Below are positions 9,139-17,186 of a stretch of 64,000 bases of DNA, in pieces. How positions within the stretch are numbered: the first letter of the stretch is position 1; every line of letters begins with the position of its first letter. A program made the position numbers and the translations under genes. The notes beneath the pieces are model-generated. The model was not told the origin of the DNA and did no database searches. It saw only the letters and a program-made list of their open reading frames with translations. This stretch comes from an uncultured delta proteobacterium (GTDB lineage Bacteria > Myxococcota_A > Polyangia > Fen-1088): the NCBI GenBank assembly GCA_963755125.1, contig CAVWIP010000015.1:256001-320000 (forward strand), given 5' to 3'.

Positions 9139-9296
9139 AGAAACCCGTTCGCCTCATTCTCGCCGCGGCTCTCTTCGATTCTGACCGCCGCGTTGGTCGG
9201 CTCAACGCCGTCCTCGACCGCATCCACGACAAGTTCGGCTCGGCTGCGGTGACCACGGCAGACTTGCACGCAGCACCAGGCAGGAAACGGGAATAG
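9135..9296 (+). pseudogene. C-terminal remnant of DNA polymerase IV (DinB)-like protein
   Basis: Hand translation VKKPVRLI..LFD..RLNAVLDRIHDKFGSAAV resembles the DinB tail. Confidence 0.55.
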
Positions 9297-9394
9297 ATGA
9301 CGACCCTTCTTCTTTTCCGCGCTGTGCTGAGTTAGCTATGTCCGTTTGAATTGATGGCGGCCCCGCAAACCTGGGTCACGCGTAGTAGGGGGTA

Positions 9395-9504
9395 GGGTGG
9401 GTCGGCCTGGTGGTCCGTGTTCCACTGCAGGCGGGCTGCGTCCTTGCCGGTCGCCTGGCCGAGTCGCGGGTGGGTCGGCTTGGTGGTCTGTGTTCCACTG
9501 CAGG
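9395..9504. repeat. pair of 37-bp direct repeats with 36-bp spacer
   Basis: gggtgggtcggc(c/t)tggtggtc(c/t)gtgttccactgcagg at 9395-9431 and 9468-9504. Confidence 0.85.
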
Positions 9505-9534
9505 GGCATCGCACGACCGACGCTGGCCCGATGC

Positions 9535-10053
9535 CTACTTCCCCGATTTCTCCTTGCGGGCGAACACGGCCTTGCATGGCCCGGAAAGCTCGGCTTCATG
9601 GGACTTCAAGCAGGCCAGGATGCGTCCGCCACCGGGCTGTATGCCCTGGCAGAGCTTCTCTACGTCCTCCTTGCACGCTTCATGAACTTCGCGAACAGCG
9701 GCCTCCACCCTCTCGACCAGTTTCTGGCAAGCGGCGGCCAACTCGCTCTCGTGCGACTTCAGACAGGCAGCGATGCGGCCACCACCGGGCTTGATCCCAT
9801 TGCAGAATTTATCGGCGTCTGGCTGGCACGCCTCCTTGATCTTCTCGATTTTCGCCTCCTCGGCCACCAGCTTCTCCTTGCACGCAGGCGACAGATTGCT
9901 CTCGTGCGACTTCAGACACGCGATGATGCGCCCACCACCGGGTGGGATGTCCTTGCAGAGCCTCTCCACATCGGGCCTGCAGGCATCCTCGGCGCGGGCG
10001 GAAAATGGCAGCACGAAAAGCGACAACGCGACGACAACCAAAGAGCTTCGCAT
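9535..10053 (-). CDS. exported cysteine-rich repeat protein (Cys_rich_FGFR-like)
   Basis: Signal peptide plus three AC..D....C..I.PGGGRI.ACLKSHE..LS..C repeats. Confidence 0.85.
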   Translation of the reverse strand: MRSSLVVVALSLFVLPFSARAEDACRPDVERLCKDIPPGGGRIIACLKSHESNLSPACKEKLVAEEAKIEKIKEACQPDADKFCNGIKPGGGRIAACLKSHESELAAACQKLVERVEAAVREVHEACKEDVEKLCQGIQPGGGRILACLKSHEAELSGPCKAVFARKEKSGK

Positions 10054-10058
10054 CGATC

Positions 10059-10442
10059 CTATTTCCCGGCCGGATGCTTCTCGTCGTGGATCAGCTTGCT
10101 ATTGGCGTTCTCTTCCTGGTTGAGCTGGCGCTGCTCGGCCTTGGTCAGGTGGCCGCCGTTGGCCTTGACGTCGGCGTGCTCCTGGGCCTTGATCGCTCGG
10201 TCGTTTGAGCGCAGCTGCTTCGCCTGAGCCTTGTTGATTTCGCCGCTCTTTACGCCCTCGTTGATGCGAGCGCGCTGATTATCAACGCGCTTGTTGACTT
10301 GATTGCGGCGTGGATGGTCGGTGGCGAACTTGCTGCCCGGAGCGCCCGTAGGGTTGCCCTTGCCCTTCGCATGGACGGCGGGCGACGCCAGCAGCAGCGA
10401 AGCGAACAGAGCGAACAGCGTCTTCTTCAGCGTTGAATACAT
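10059..10442 (-). CDS. exported hypothetical protein
   Basis: Signal peptide ending VHA. HPRRNQVNKRVDNQRARINEGVKSG..LNQEEN is a motif of small exported helical proteins. Confidence 0.8.
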   Translation of the reverse strand: MYSTLKKTLFALFASLLLASPAVHAKGKGNPTGAPGSKFATDHPRRNQVNKRVDNQRARINEGVKSGEINKAQAKQLRSNDRAIKAQEHADVKANGGHLTKAEQRQLNQEENANSKLIHDEKHPAGK

Positions 10443-10683
10443 GGATCCTCCCCTTGAACTTGACGGCATTGATGGAGAGTTTGCCTTCCCGCGGCATCGC
10501 GGTCAAGGTGATTCTAGGCACGCCCCGGGCAACACTAGATAGGTCGTTCTGGTGTCGAAAAGTGCCGCCAGATCCCCCACTTGATCCCCCACTTGTGCGT
10601 GGCGGAGCATGGCGCTCCCTGACCCTGTGTGACGGTAAGTCCCCGCCACGACACGATTCTCCGTCGGAGATTTTGGGCTGCTT

Positions 10684-10740
10684 CAGATTCAGGTTCTGGT
10701 GGTAGTAATACTGTGGGAGTTCAAATCTCCCCGACCGCAC
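10684..10740 (+). tRNA. 3' half of tRNA-Leu(CAG), att-site remnant and not a complete tRNA
   Basis: CAGA-TTCAGGT-TCTG anticodon arm, long variable arm, GGGAG-TTCAAAT-CTCCC T arm, CGACCGCA acceptor strand. No 5' acceptor strand or D arm. Confidence 0.85.
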
Positions 10741-10744
10741 GAGT

Positions 10745-10771
10745 AACCCACGGAGTTCACGGGTTTTTTTT
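10745..10771 (+). terminator. possible intrinsic terminator
   Basis: aaccc...gggtt imperfect stem followed by a T run. Confidence 0.35.
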
Positions 10772-10876
10772 GCTCGCAGCGAAATGTGCTGCGTCTATCT
10801 CGGCCAGATCTGCCGTTGGTGCCAAATTGGTACCAATTTCAGGTACCAGTCATGACACCAGACAGATCATCTGGTG

Positions 10877-11893
10877 TCAGTTCGGAGCCAGCGCGGCTGT
10901 GGCCCGCTGGTGGTCGTTCTGCTCGGCCAGGTTCACGTCGGCGTAGTGTTTGAAGGTCGTGCTCACCGACTCGTGGCCGAGAGCCTGAGACACCGCCAGT
11001 GGCGTCGATGCCGCCACCAGCGCTAGGTCGCTGTGCGTGCCGCGCAGACCGTGGGGCGACACCTTTGGAACCCCGGCCGCTTCGCAGATTTGGCCAACTT
11101 GGCGATGGAGCCAGGTACGGTCGCGCGCAACCAGCAGATCATTGGGCTGCTTGTTCTTGGCCAGGGCTTGCAGGTGTGGCTTGAACCAGTCAGGTACCTG
11201 CAGGCTGCGGATGCCGGCCCGGCTCTTGGACTTGGTCACGCGCGGGATTGCACCCTGGTCATCCAGATCGCGCACCTGGCGCTCGGTCACCTCGGAGGCC
11301 CTGAGCCCGAATACTAGGGGCATCGCTGCTGCCACGGCCGCCACCTGTTGCTTCTCACCGCCACCACCGGCAAGTTCAAGGCACTTCGCCAGGAACTTTC
11401 TCGCCTCGTCGCATGAGAGCTTGGCCTTGCCATAGTGTCTGCGGCCTTCGCCCTTCACTCCTTCCAGTGGGTGGACCAGAGTTATCCCCCTGGCTCTGGC
11501 GAACTGGAAGAAGGTCTTGGCCTCGGCCAACGTGTTCATGCGTGAGTCCACCCCGCCCGTGAAGCCGAGGTAGAGTTCCTTGGCCTTGGCCGGCGTGATG
11601 GTAGCGATGGGTTGGTCAATGGTTGGCCCGAAAAGCCGAGTCAGGCGGTAGACCGTGGTTTCGATGGAGCGGTCCTTCAGGCCCCGGTCCTTCTTCATGT
11701 AGTCCGCGTACGTGTTGATGGCTTGCTGGACCGTGATGCCATGCTGTCGCGCAATCTCTCGTCAGAGCCGTCTGGCCTCGGCCTTGGCGTCGATCTCCGT
11801 GGTGAAACTGATGACCTTGGCCGGCTTCCCTCTTTCCCGTACGCGGATGCGGAATCGCTTTCCATGTGTGTATGGTCCGTCGATCTTGGGCAT
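10877..11893 (-). pseudogene. tyrosine recombinase/integrase with one internal nonsense codon
   Basis: GLRASE, HGLR, LGH and KHY catalytic motifs. The frame from MPKIDG is interrupted only by TGA at 11762-11764 (AEARRL*REIARQ). Confidence 0.85.
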
Positions 11894-12145
11894 GTCCTTG
11901 TCCCTTTCGGTTGTGGACACGCCACCCGGAACGTCGTCGACTATGGAGCTGTCATAGAGCGATCTAGCTCCATGAGCGTCCCCGGCTGAGTCGGCAGATG
12001 CAAGGGCTTTGATGACAGCCGTCAGGGCTTCCGCTGGAAGACCGTCTACCACTACTTCCGGTGTTGGCGCCTCGACGGCACCTGGAAGCGAATCCATGAC
12101 CAGCTCCGCGGAGACGTTCGGCAGGCCGCTGGTCGCAATCGGCAA

Positions 12146-12239
12146 CCGAGCGCAGCCATCATCGACAGTCAGTCGGTCAAGACGACGGAAAGGGGGGCCG
12201 CACGGCTACGATGCGGGCAAGAAAATCAATGGGCGCAAG
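12146..12239 (+). mobile_element. IS5-family transposase internal fragment
   Basis: [17 protein letters not shown] / [14 protein letters not shown] across an A3G6 frameshift run. Confidence 0.8.
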
Positions 12240-12242
12240 AAC

Positions 12243-12449
12243 TCCCTCATGCGCGGCGAAAAGATCGAAATTCGCGGCTTTGGCAGCTTCACCGTGCGCC
12301 AGTACCGCGCCTACGACGGCCGCAACCCGCGCACCGGTGCAGTCGTTCCCGTCAAGCCCAAGCGTCTGGCCTTCTTCAAGGTGGGCAAGAAGCTGCGGGA
12401 GGGGGTGAACAATGGGCAGCAGTCGACGGAAAGAGCAGCAGGTGCGTAG
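12243..12449 (+). pseudogene. IHF-beta/HU C-terminal half
   Basis: [46 protein letters not shown]. The N-terminal helices are missing. Confidence 0.85.
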
Positions 12450-12493
12450 TCCGAACAAGCGCCATTTTGCCTCCACCGAATCACATCCGCAAA

Positions 12494-12522
12494 ATGTCTG
12501 ATAGAAGAATGTTACGTCAACT
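12494..12522 (+). other. degenerate dif-like (XerC/D) site
   Basis: ATGTCTGATAG-AAGAATG-TTACGTCAACT resembles the XerC arm/XerD arm layout, but the spacer is 7 rather than 6 bp. Confidence 0.35.
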
Positions 12523-12644
12523 GCAGAGACCTACACGCCACGTATGTCGGCGGGTGAAAAAACGGTCATGAAACCCGGCATAAGGGTGATGGTGATGGCG
12601 ATGTCAGGTAGGCGAGTTCAGCCGGACAGGCAAAGATAGGCAGC

Positions 12645-13067
12645 TCATCTAGCCCGGGGCATGTTCTTGTAGCAGTTGTCCGTGGTCATCGTGGCGTTCA
12701 GTTGGGTGGAGGTAGCCACAAATCGAATCGAGTCCCAGCGGTCCTTGCTGCGCACTGCACGCCAGTGTAGCTGGCCAACCCACTCACCGAAGTCGGTAAC
12801 TTCGAGCCGAATGATTTCCTCACCAACCGAGTAGCCGAAAACACCCGCCTTGCCCAGGTTGGAAATGCGTCCTGTGGCCTTGTTCCCATCCACGCTGAAC
12901 TCGACAACCATTCCAGCCATCTCCTCGCATGTCACAGACCAGCTGCCGGAAATGGGGCCGGGAGCTTTCTGCCATGGATAGTGTCTCCCCTCCGCCATGG
13001 CAGCAGTCGCAACGGCTGTCCCGAGAAGAAGCAGCGACACACCCAATATCCGTTTAGAAATCAGCAT
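12645..13067 (-). CDS. exported hypothetical protein
   Basis: MLISKRILGVSLLLLGTAVATAAMA signal peptide. GAGGTGG RBS. Confidence 0.75.
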   Translation of the reverse strand: MLISKRILGVSLLLLGTAVATAAMAEGRHYPWQKAPGPISGSWSVTCEEMAGMVVEFSVDGNKATGRISNLGKAGVFGYSVGEEIIRLEVTDFGEWVGQLHWRAVRSKDRWDSIRFVATSTQLNATMTTDNCYKNMPRAR

Positions 13068-13199
13068 GAACCACCTCGGTTGTTGGAACTCTCGTCTGGA
13101 CCGCAGACTACACCCGGGAGATCGAAAGTCCATGCCTCTCTCCTGGCGCCTTCCTTTTCGTGTTGGATTCACCCGAAGGTCTTCGCCGTTGTTCATGCC

Positions 13200-13352
13200 T
13201 TGACCGCAGCCCCCACTGCCGCTGCTTGTGCTACCTGCCTGGCCCCCGCTTGCCATTGCTCCATCACCTGGTGGACCAGTCAGGCTGCTACACGCCAGTC
13301 CCATCAGGCCAGCTACGAAAAGGGCTGTGACACTCGTTGACATCTTGAACAT
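13200..13352 (-). pseudogene. truncated 5' end of a Cys-rich lipoprotein paralog
   Basis: MFKMSTSVTALFVAGLMGLACSS..ASGGQAGSTSSG matches the N-termini of the 5141 and 6568 genes, then similarity stops. Confidence 0.7.
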
Positions 13353-13414
13353 GGGAACGAATATGGCTCACAGGTAGCGGGGCTTGGTATGTTGATGTGC
13401 CCGTCGGCGTCTCA

Positions 13415-14158
13415 TCAAATGTCACCTGCCGGAAGCCGGCATATCGTGGTGCAGTACATGTAGCTGCCTGCCGGACAGTTGCAACCTACGGAAGGTAACG
13501 GACAACTGGCGTTCACTGGGTTCCCTTGGGTATCCAAGCACATGCCGTTCAGGTTGCCCACATCGCACCATTCGCCATATTGGTCGTCGATAACGCCATC
13601 ACCACAACAGGGTTTCCTTCCCGCATCACCTCCATCAGCAGATGCGTCCGGGGGCTCAAGAACGCCAGCATCTGTCCAGGTGCCACTGCAGATGCCGCCA
13701 TACGGACTCGCAGAGCTGTTGCATGTGATCGATTGCGCACACAAGTACTTGGTGTAGCAGGGACTTGGGTACCCGACACAGTCTGGGCCCCCCTGCTGCG
13801 TCTGTGTGTCACCAGGATTGCAGGACAGAGGATCATCGCAATGCACACCATCAGGCAACAGACAAAGTACCGGTCCGCAGCTACTCTGCACGGTGTAGCA
13901 CTCCCGTTCTGGAGGACACAATCCGGAGGAGTCTAATCCCGGCCCCGCAGTTACCTGTTGGTCGCCCGTGTTACAGGGGGCAGGGGAACCGGACAGATTG
14001 ACAGTGATACACGTAGGCGTAGCACCGTCCGGTGCACCTTGGCTAGGGTTCCTATAACCGACTGGGCCACCTTGGCTACATGCCGCTAAGGTGATGGCGA
14101 GTGCCAGGCCTATGCCGGCTACGAAGAGAGCTGTCACAGCCCTTGACATCTTGAACAT
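13415..14158 (-). CDS. Cys-rich lipoprotein (paralog of 6619-7332)
   Basis: LAAC lipobox, CNTGD/CNPGD modules, CCGDGVIDDQYGEWCD. Confidence 0.82.
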   Translation of the reverse strand: MFKMSRAVTALFVAGIGLALAITLAACSQGGPVGYRNPSQGAPDGATPTCITVNLSGSPAPCNTGDQQVTAGPGLDSSGLCPPERECYTVQSSCGPVLCLLPDGVHCDDPLSCNPGDTQTQQGGPDCVGYPSPCYTKYLCAQSITCNSSASPYGGICSGTWTDAGVLEPPDASADGGDAGRKPCCGDGVIDDQYGEWCDVGNLNGMCLDTQGNPVNASCPLPSVGCNCPAGSYMYCTTICRLPAGDI

Positions 14159-14222
14159 TTGGTCCTCCGTTTGCTCAGCCGGTGAGTGCCAAGCTGGATT
14201 CCATGGGGATAGGCTCAGCCTG

Positions 14223-14558
14223 TCAGTCCATTTCTCCGTCTATCATTCCCGCATCCACATCGGCATCTTGGGCAACGGCATGTACACCAGCGTCTGGGAG
14301 AGCTGCATCTATGCTGACGGCCGGAACATACATGTCTACACCAGCATCCGGCCATACGGCAGGGCCCCCATGCGGAACAATGGTTCGCAGGTCTGCACCC
14401 GCTTCTGGCAGCATAGGAGGGGCCCCGTATGGAGGAGTCACATCCGAGCCGCATCCACTGAGCCCCAGGCTCAATCCCACCGATGCAGGAATGATCAGCT
14501 CCCGTGCTGTCCTCGTGAGAAAGCCCTCGATGCGCTGCCTGACATCCTGTTCCTTCAT
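14223..14558 (-). CDS. MKEQDVR-leader lipoprotein with PYGAPP motif and PDAG spacers
   Basis: Helical leader, VGLSLGLSGC lipobox, VTPPYGAPP, repeated PDAG/DAG. Confidence 0.7.
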   Translation of the reverse strand: MKEQDVRQRIEGFLTRTARELIIPASVGLSLGLSGCGSDVTPPYGAPPMLPEAGADLRTIVPHGGPAVWPDAGVDMYVPAVSIDAALPDAGVHAVAQDADVDAGMIDGEMD

Positions 14559-14733
14559 GACCCCGGGAACATGGTACCGCTTTTCAGGTGCACGGGATGC
14601 AGGAAGCCGCAGACACACCCGGCTGATGCATCTTGGAACGCTATGTCAAAGCCGACACCGGCTTGGTGTGCTGACCATGCTCGGCAACTCGATCATCTTC
14701 CTGACGTCGGTCAACATCGACCCGATGGTGTGC

Positions 14734-14991
14734 ATCAAGGACTGGCTCGCCGCTCACCCACGGTTCCTGTTCCACTTCACGCCCACGCATGGTTTCTGGC
14801 TCAACCAGGTCGAGCAGTGGTTTCAGCAGCTCTCTGCCAAGGTCTTGCGTCGAGGCGTGTTCAATTCCACGGATGAGCTACACTCGGCGATTATGGTGTT
14901 CATATCCCGCTGGGACGCCAATCCCCATCGGTTCAACCGGGGTTACGGCGCCGAGTTCCTTGACGAACAGGTCCTTCACCATGCGGCATGA
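14734..14991 (+). mobile_element. IS630-family transposase C-terminal fragment
   Basis: WLAAHPRFLFHFTPTHGFWLNQVEQWF..LRRGVFNSTDEL. Confidence 0.85.
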
Positions 14992-15392
14992 CATCCCCTC
15001 AACAACTTCTGGCCGGCGGCACTAGCAATCGCCAGCCCCTACCAGCGTCTGGTGCAAAAGGCGACCGCCAACAGCGACGGTTCCGCCGACGTCCACGATT
15101 GCAGCAGCATCGGGGTAGAGCAGCTACAGTGTCTATGCCAGCAAGGCCATGCAGACCAGTCCACCCTCATTGCCGGCACGTGGATCGGAGAGAAACCGCC
15201 TTCCGCTGCCCCGTCATGCGGCATCATCTCGCTCTGCGTCGGGAAACAGTTGGAACGGATGACCGCTTGACAAACCGCACGGGCCAGCAGGGTGTTCATC
15301 CCTGGGCCACGGAGAGGCTGCGCAGGCTGATGCCGGCGCGCCGGGGATTCTGTGTTAGAAGACCAAAATTGCGCGTGACAAGCCGACAGAAG

Positions 15393-16379
15393 ATGAGACG
15401 TCTTCATCTGCCAGTTTGGCTCGTTCTCCTCGCAGTTACGGCCGACGCGCTCGCCCAAGAAGACGAGCCCGGTGTGGCACCGCCTTCCGCAGCAGGACCG
15501 GCCGCGGCGGCCAAGTCAATCGCCCCGCCCGGCATAGACTATCCCGCCTTGCAGGCACTGGGCGGCGTCACTGCGCTCTACATAGATCAGACCTACGAGA
15601 CCAGCGACGATCTGTCGACGTTCTACTGGGTTCAGGGCCACGCCAGCGGTTATCGGCTTGCCGTGGGCGGCAGTCTTCGGCTCGGCGCATTTCAAGCAAA
15701 CCTCGAGCTGCCCGCATTGCTCACGCGTCTTTCCATAGACAGCTTGGGCTCGTCGCCGCCGATTCCGGCCGATCGGCAGAAATCCTCGTTCTCCCTGGGA
15801 GACGCGGTCGGCGGCGGCAGCTATGCCTGGCAACTTCCCATTGACTCGGTCACGGCGCTCGTCGGCCTGGGCATGCGCTTCCGCTTGCCGACGCATACCA
15901 TGGCCTACAGCTTCCAACTCGTCGGTGGAAATCCCTACTCATTCGGTTTCCCGTACTACTTCCACTTGGCTCCTGCAAGCCTACTTCTCGTGTCCTACGG
16001 CGCTCTCTCTTTCACGATGAACCAGGGCCTTCTGGCTATGCTGGCAAAGAACACCACACTGCTGGGCCTGCCTTTGAACATCCCAAACGTCTTCTTCTGG
16101 GAATCGCACTACGCCCTGTCCCTCGTACCGGTTGACTGGCTGGGGCTTTCTTTCGAACTTATCAATTGCATTCAGCTCAGTCACGTCGGGGACCAAAACT
16201 TTCAAGATCTGAACCACCTGAAGGCCTTCTACCTCGATCCAGCTTTGACGTTTGACCTCGGGTCCTACCGGATTGCGTTGGCGGGACGATTCGGGCTTGG
16301 CAAAGACACCCAGAGATTCGGCGTTATCACGTTTTCCGGATCGCGGGCTCTGCTCGTGCGCGTGTCCTATGTGTTCTAG
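15393..16379 (+). CDS. putative outer-membrane beta-barrel protein
   Basis: Signal peptide (ALA), amphipathic beta strands, C-terminal VRVSYVF. Confidence 0.7.
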   Translation: MRRLHLPVWLVLLAVTADALAQEDEPGVAPPSAAGPAAAAKSIAPPGIDYPALQALGGVTALYIDQTYETSDDLSTFYWVQGHASGYRLAVGGSLRLGAFQANLELPALLTRLSIDSLGSSPPIPADRQKSSFSLGDAVGGGSYAWQLPIDSVTALVGLGMRFRLPTHTMAYSFQLVGGNPYSFGFPYYFHLAPASLLLVSYGALSFTMNQGLLAMLAKNTTLLGLPLNIPNVFFWESHYALSLVPVDWLGLSFELINCIQLSHVGDQNFQDLNHLKAFYLDPALTFDLGSYRIALAGRFGLGKDTQRFGVITFSGSRALLVRVSYVF

Positions 16380-16413
16380 CGCCGCCCGACGATGCTGTAG
16401 ACTAGAGCGCTGC

Positions 16414-16833
16414 ATGTTCCGCTACATCTCCGGCCTGCTCCTGCTCTTGTTTGCGGCCTCCTGCCAGCAGAGTGGAACTGGTTCGACCGATGCACAGATC
16501 CATGATGGGGGGGCGGACGCTTTCGTGCTCAGCCTGCCGGTCGGCTGTCCGCCCGACGCGGGCAACGAGATCGGCATCGGCAAGCCATGCAGCCAGAGTG
16601 GCAACGAGTGCGGGAGCGGTCTGCTCTGTACCTGTGGCAACTTTGGCGTTACCTTGCCCGCCAACATGCCCTGCCTCTGCACCAACGCGATAGCGAGCGC
16701 GAGTTGTCCGGCCAATCCAAACTGCGGGAACAACGCAACCTGCTGCACCATCCTCGGTGTGGTGAGCGGCTGCATCCCAAATGTTTGCCTGGTCACCATC
16801 CAGCAGGGCGGGGCTCAATGCCTATTTCAGTAA
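16414..16833 (+). CDS. small Cys-rich lipoprotein
   Basis: LLLLLFAASC lipobox. GNEIGIGKPC followed by many Cys. Confidence 0.75.
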   Translation: MFRYISGLLLLLFAASCQQSGTGSTDAQIHDGGADAFVLSLPVGCPPDAGNEIGIGKPCSQSGNECGSGLLCTCGNFGVTLPANMPCLCTNAIASASCPANPNCGNNATCCTILGVVSGCIPNVCLVTIQQGGAQCLFQ

Positions 16834-17098
16834 GAACGTGTCAGCGCCCGACGTGTCGTCTCTATTGATCGACGCGGTCTTGGCCGCTACACCGTAGGAT
16901 TGGAAGCGACGTCGCCAAGCGCTGGTTTTGGTGCCCGTGGAGCGCAGCTACCGCCTGAAGTGCGGGGTGAACTGGTTCGACGAACGTCCGTCCAGTGTCA
17001 AAAGGGATCGGAGAGACGCAACGGGAATCCGGGTGGTCAGCGACGACGCCGTTGACCTTGTGAAGATCGCGGAAAAGTGTAAAAGCCAAACCGTATCC

Positions 17099-17167
17099 AT
17101 GATCAAAGCCGACCTCATCACCGTCATCGCCGACAAGCTCAAGTTCCCCTGGGCGTCTTCACCCTGA
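17099..17167 (+). pseudogene. IHF-beta/HU N-terminal fragment
   Basis: MIKADLITVIADKLKFPWA resembles helix 1 of IHF/HU, then stops. Confidence 0.55.
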
Positions 17168-17186
17168 TCTGCTAGAAAACCAGCCA

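Noticed and set aside
9395..9504. Possible mini CRISPR array (37-bp repeat, 36-bp spacer)
   Set aside because: Only two repeats, no cas genes, no AT-rich leader and no typical repeat end. It begins GTAGGGTGGG like a REP-type element.
10595..10740. Complete tRNA-Leu gene
   Set aside because: No 5' acceptor strand (GCGGTCG) or D arm adjoins the anticodon stem. The upstream GTGGCGGA is too far away and unpaired.
11762..11764. Programmed readthrough of the integrase TGA
   Set aside because: A single CGA-to-TGA transition is the simpler explanation, and there is no supporting signal.
12645..13352. Single 235-aa lipoprotein as given in the ORF track
   Set aside because: It is a chance in-frame join of a truncated paralog start and a separate gene that has its own RBS and signal peptide at 13067.
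14995..15270. DUF1214-like fragment (ATANSDGSADVH)
   Set aside because: The similarity is too short to support without a search.
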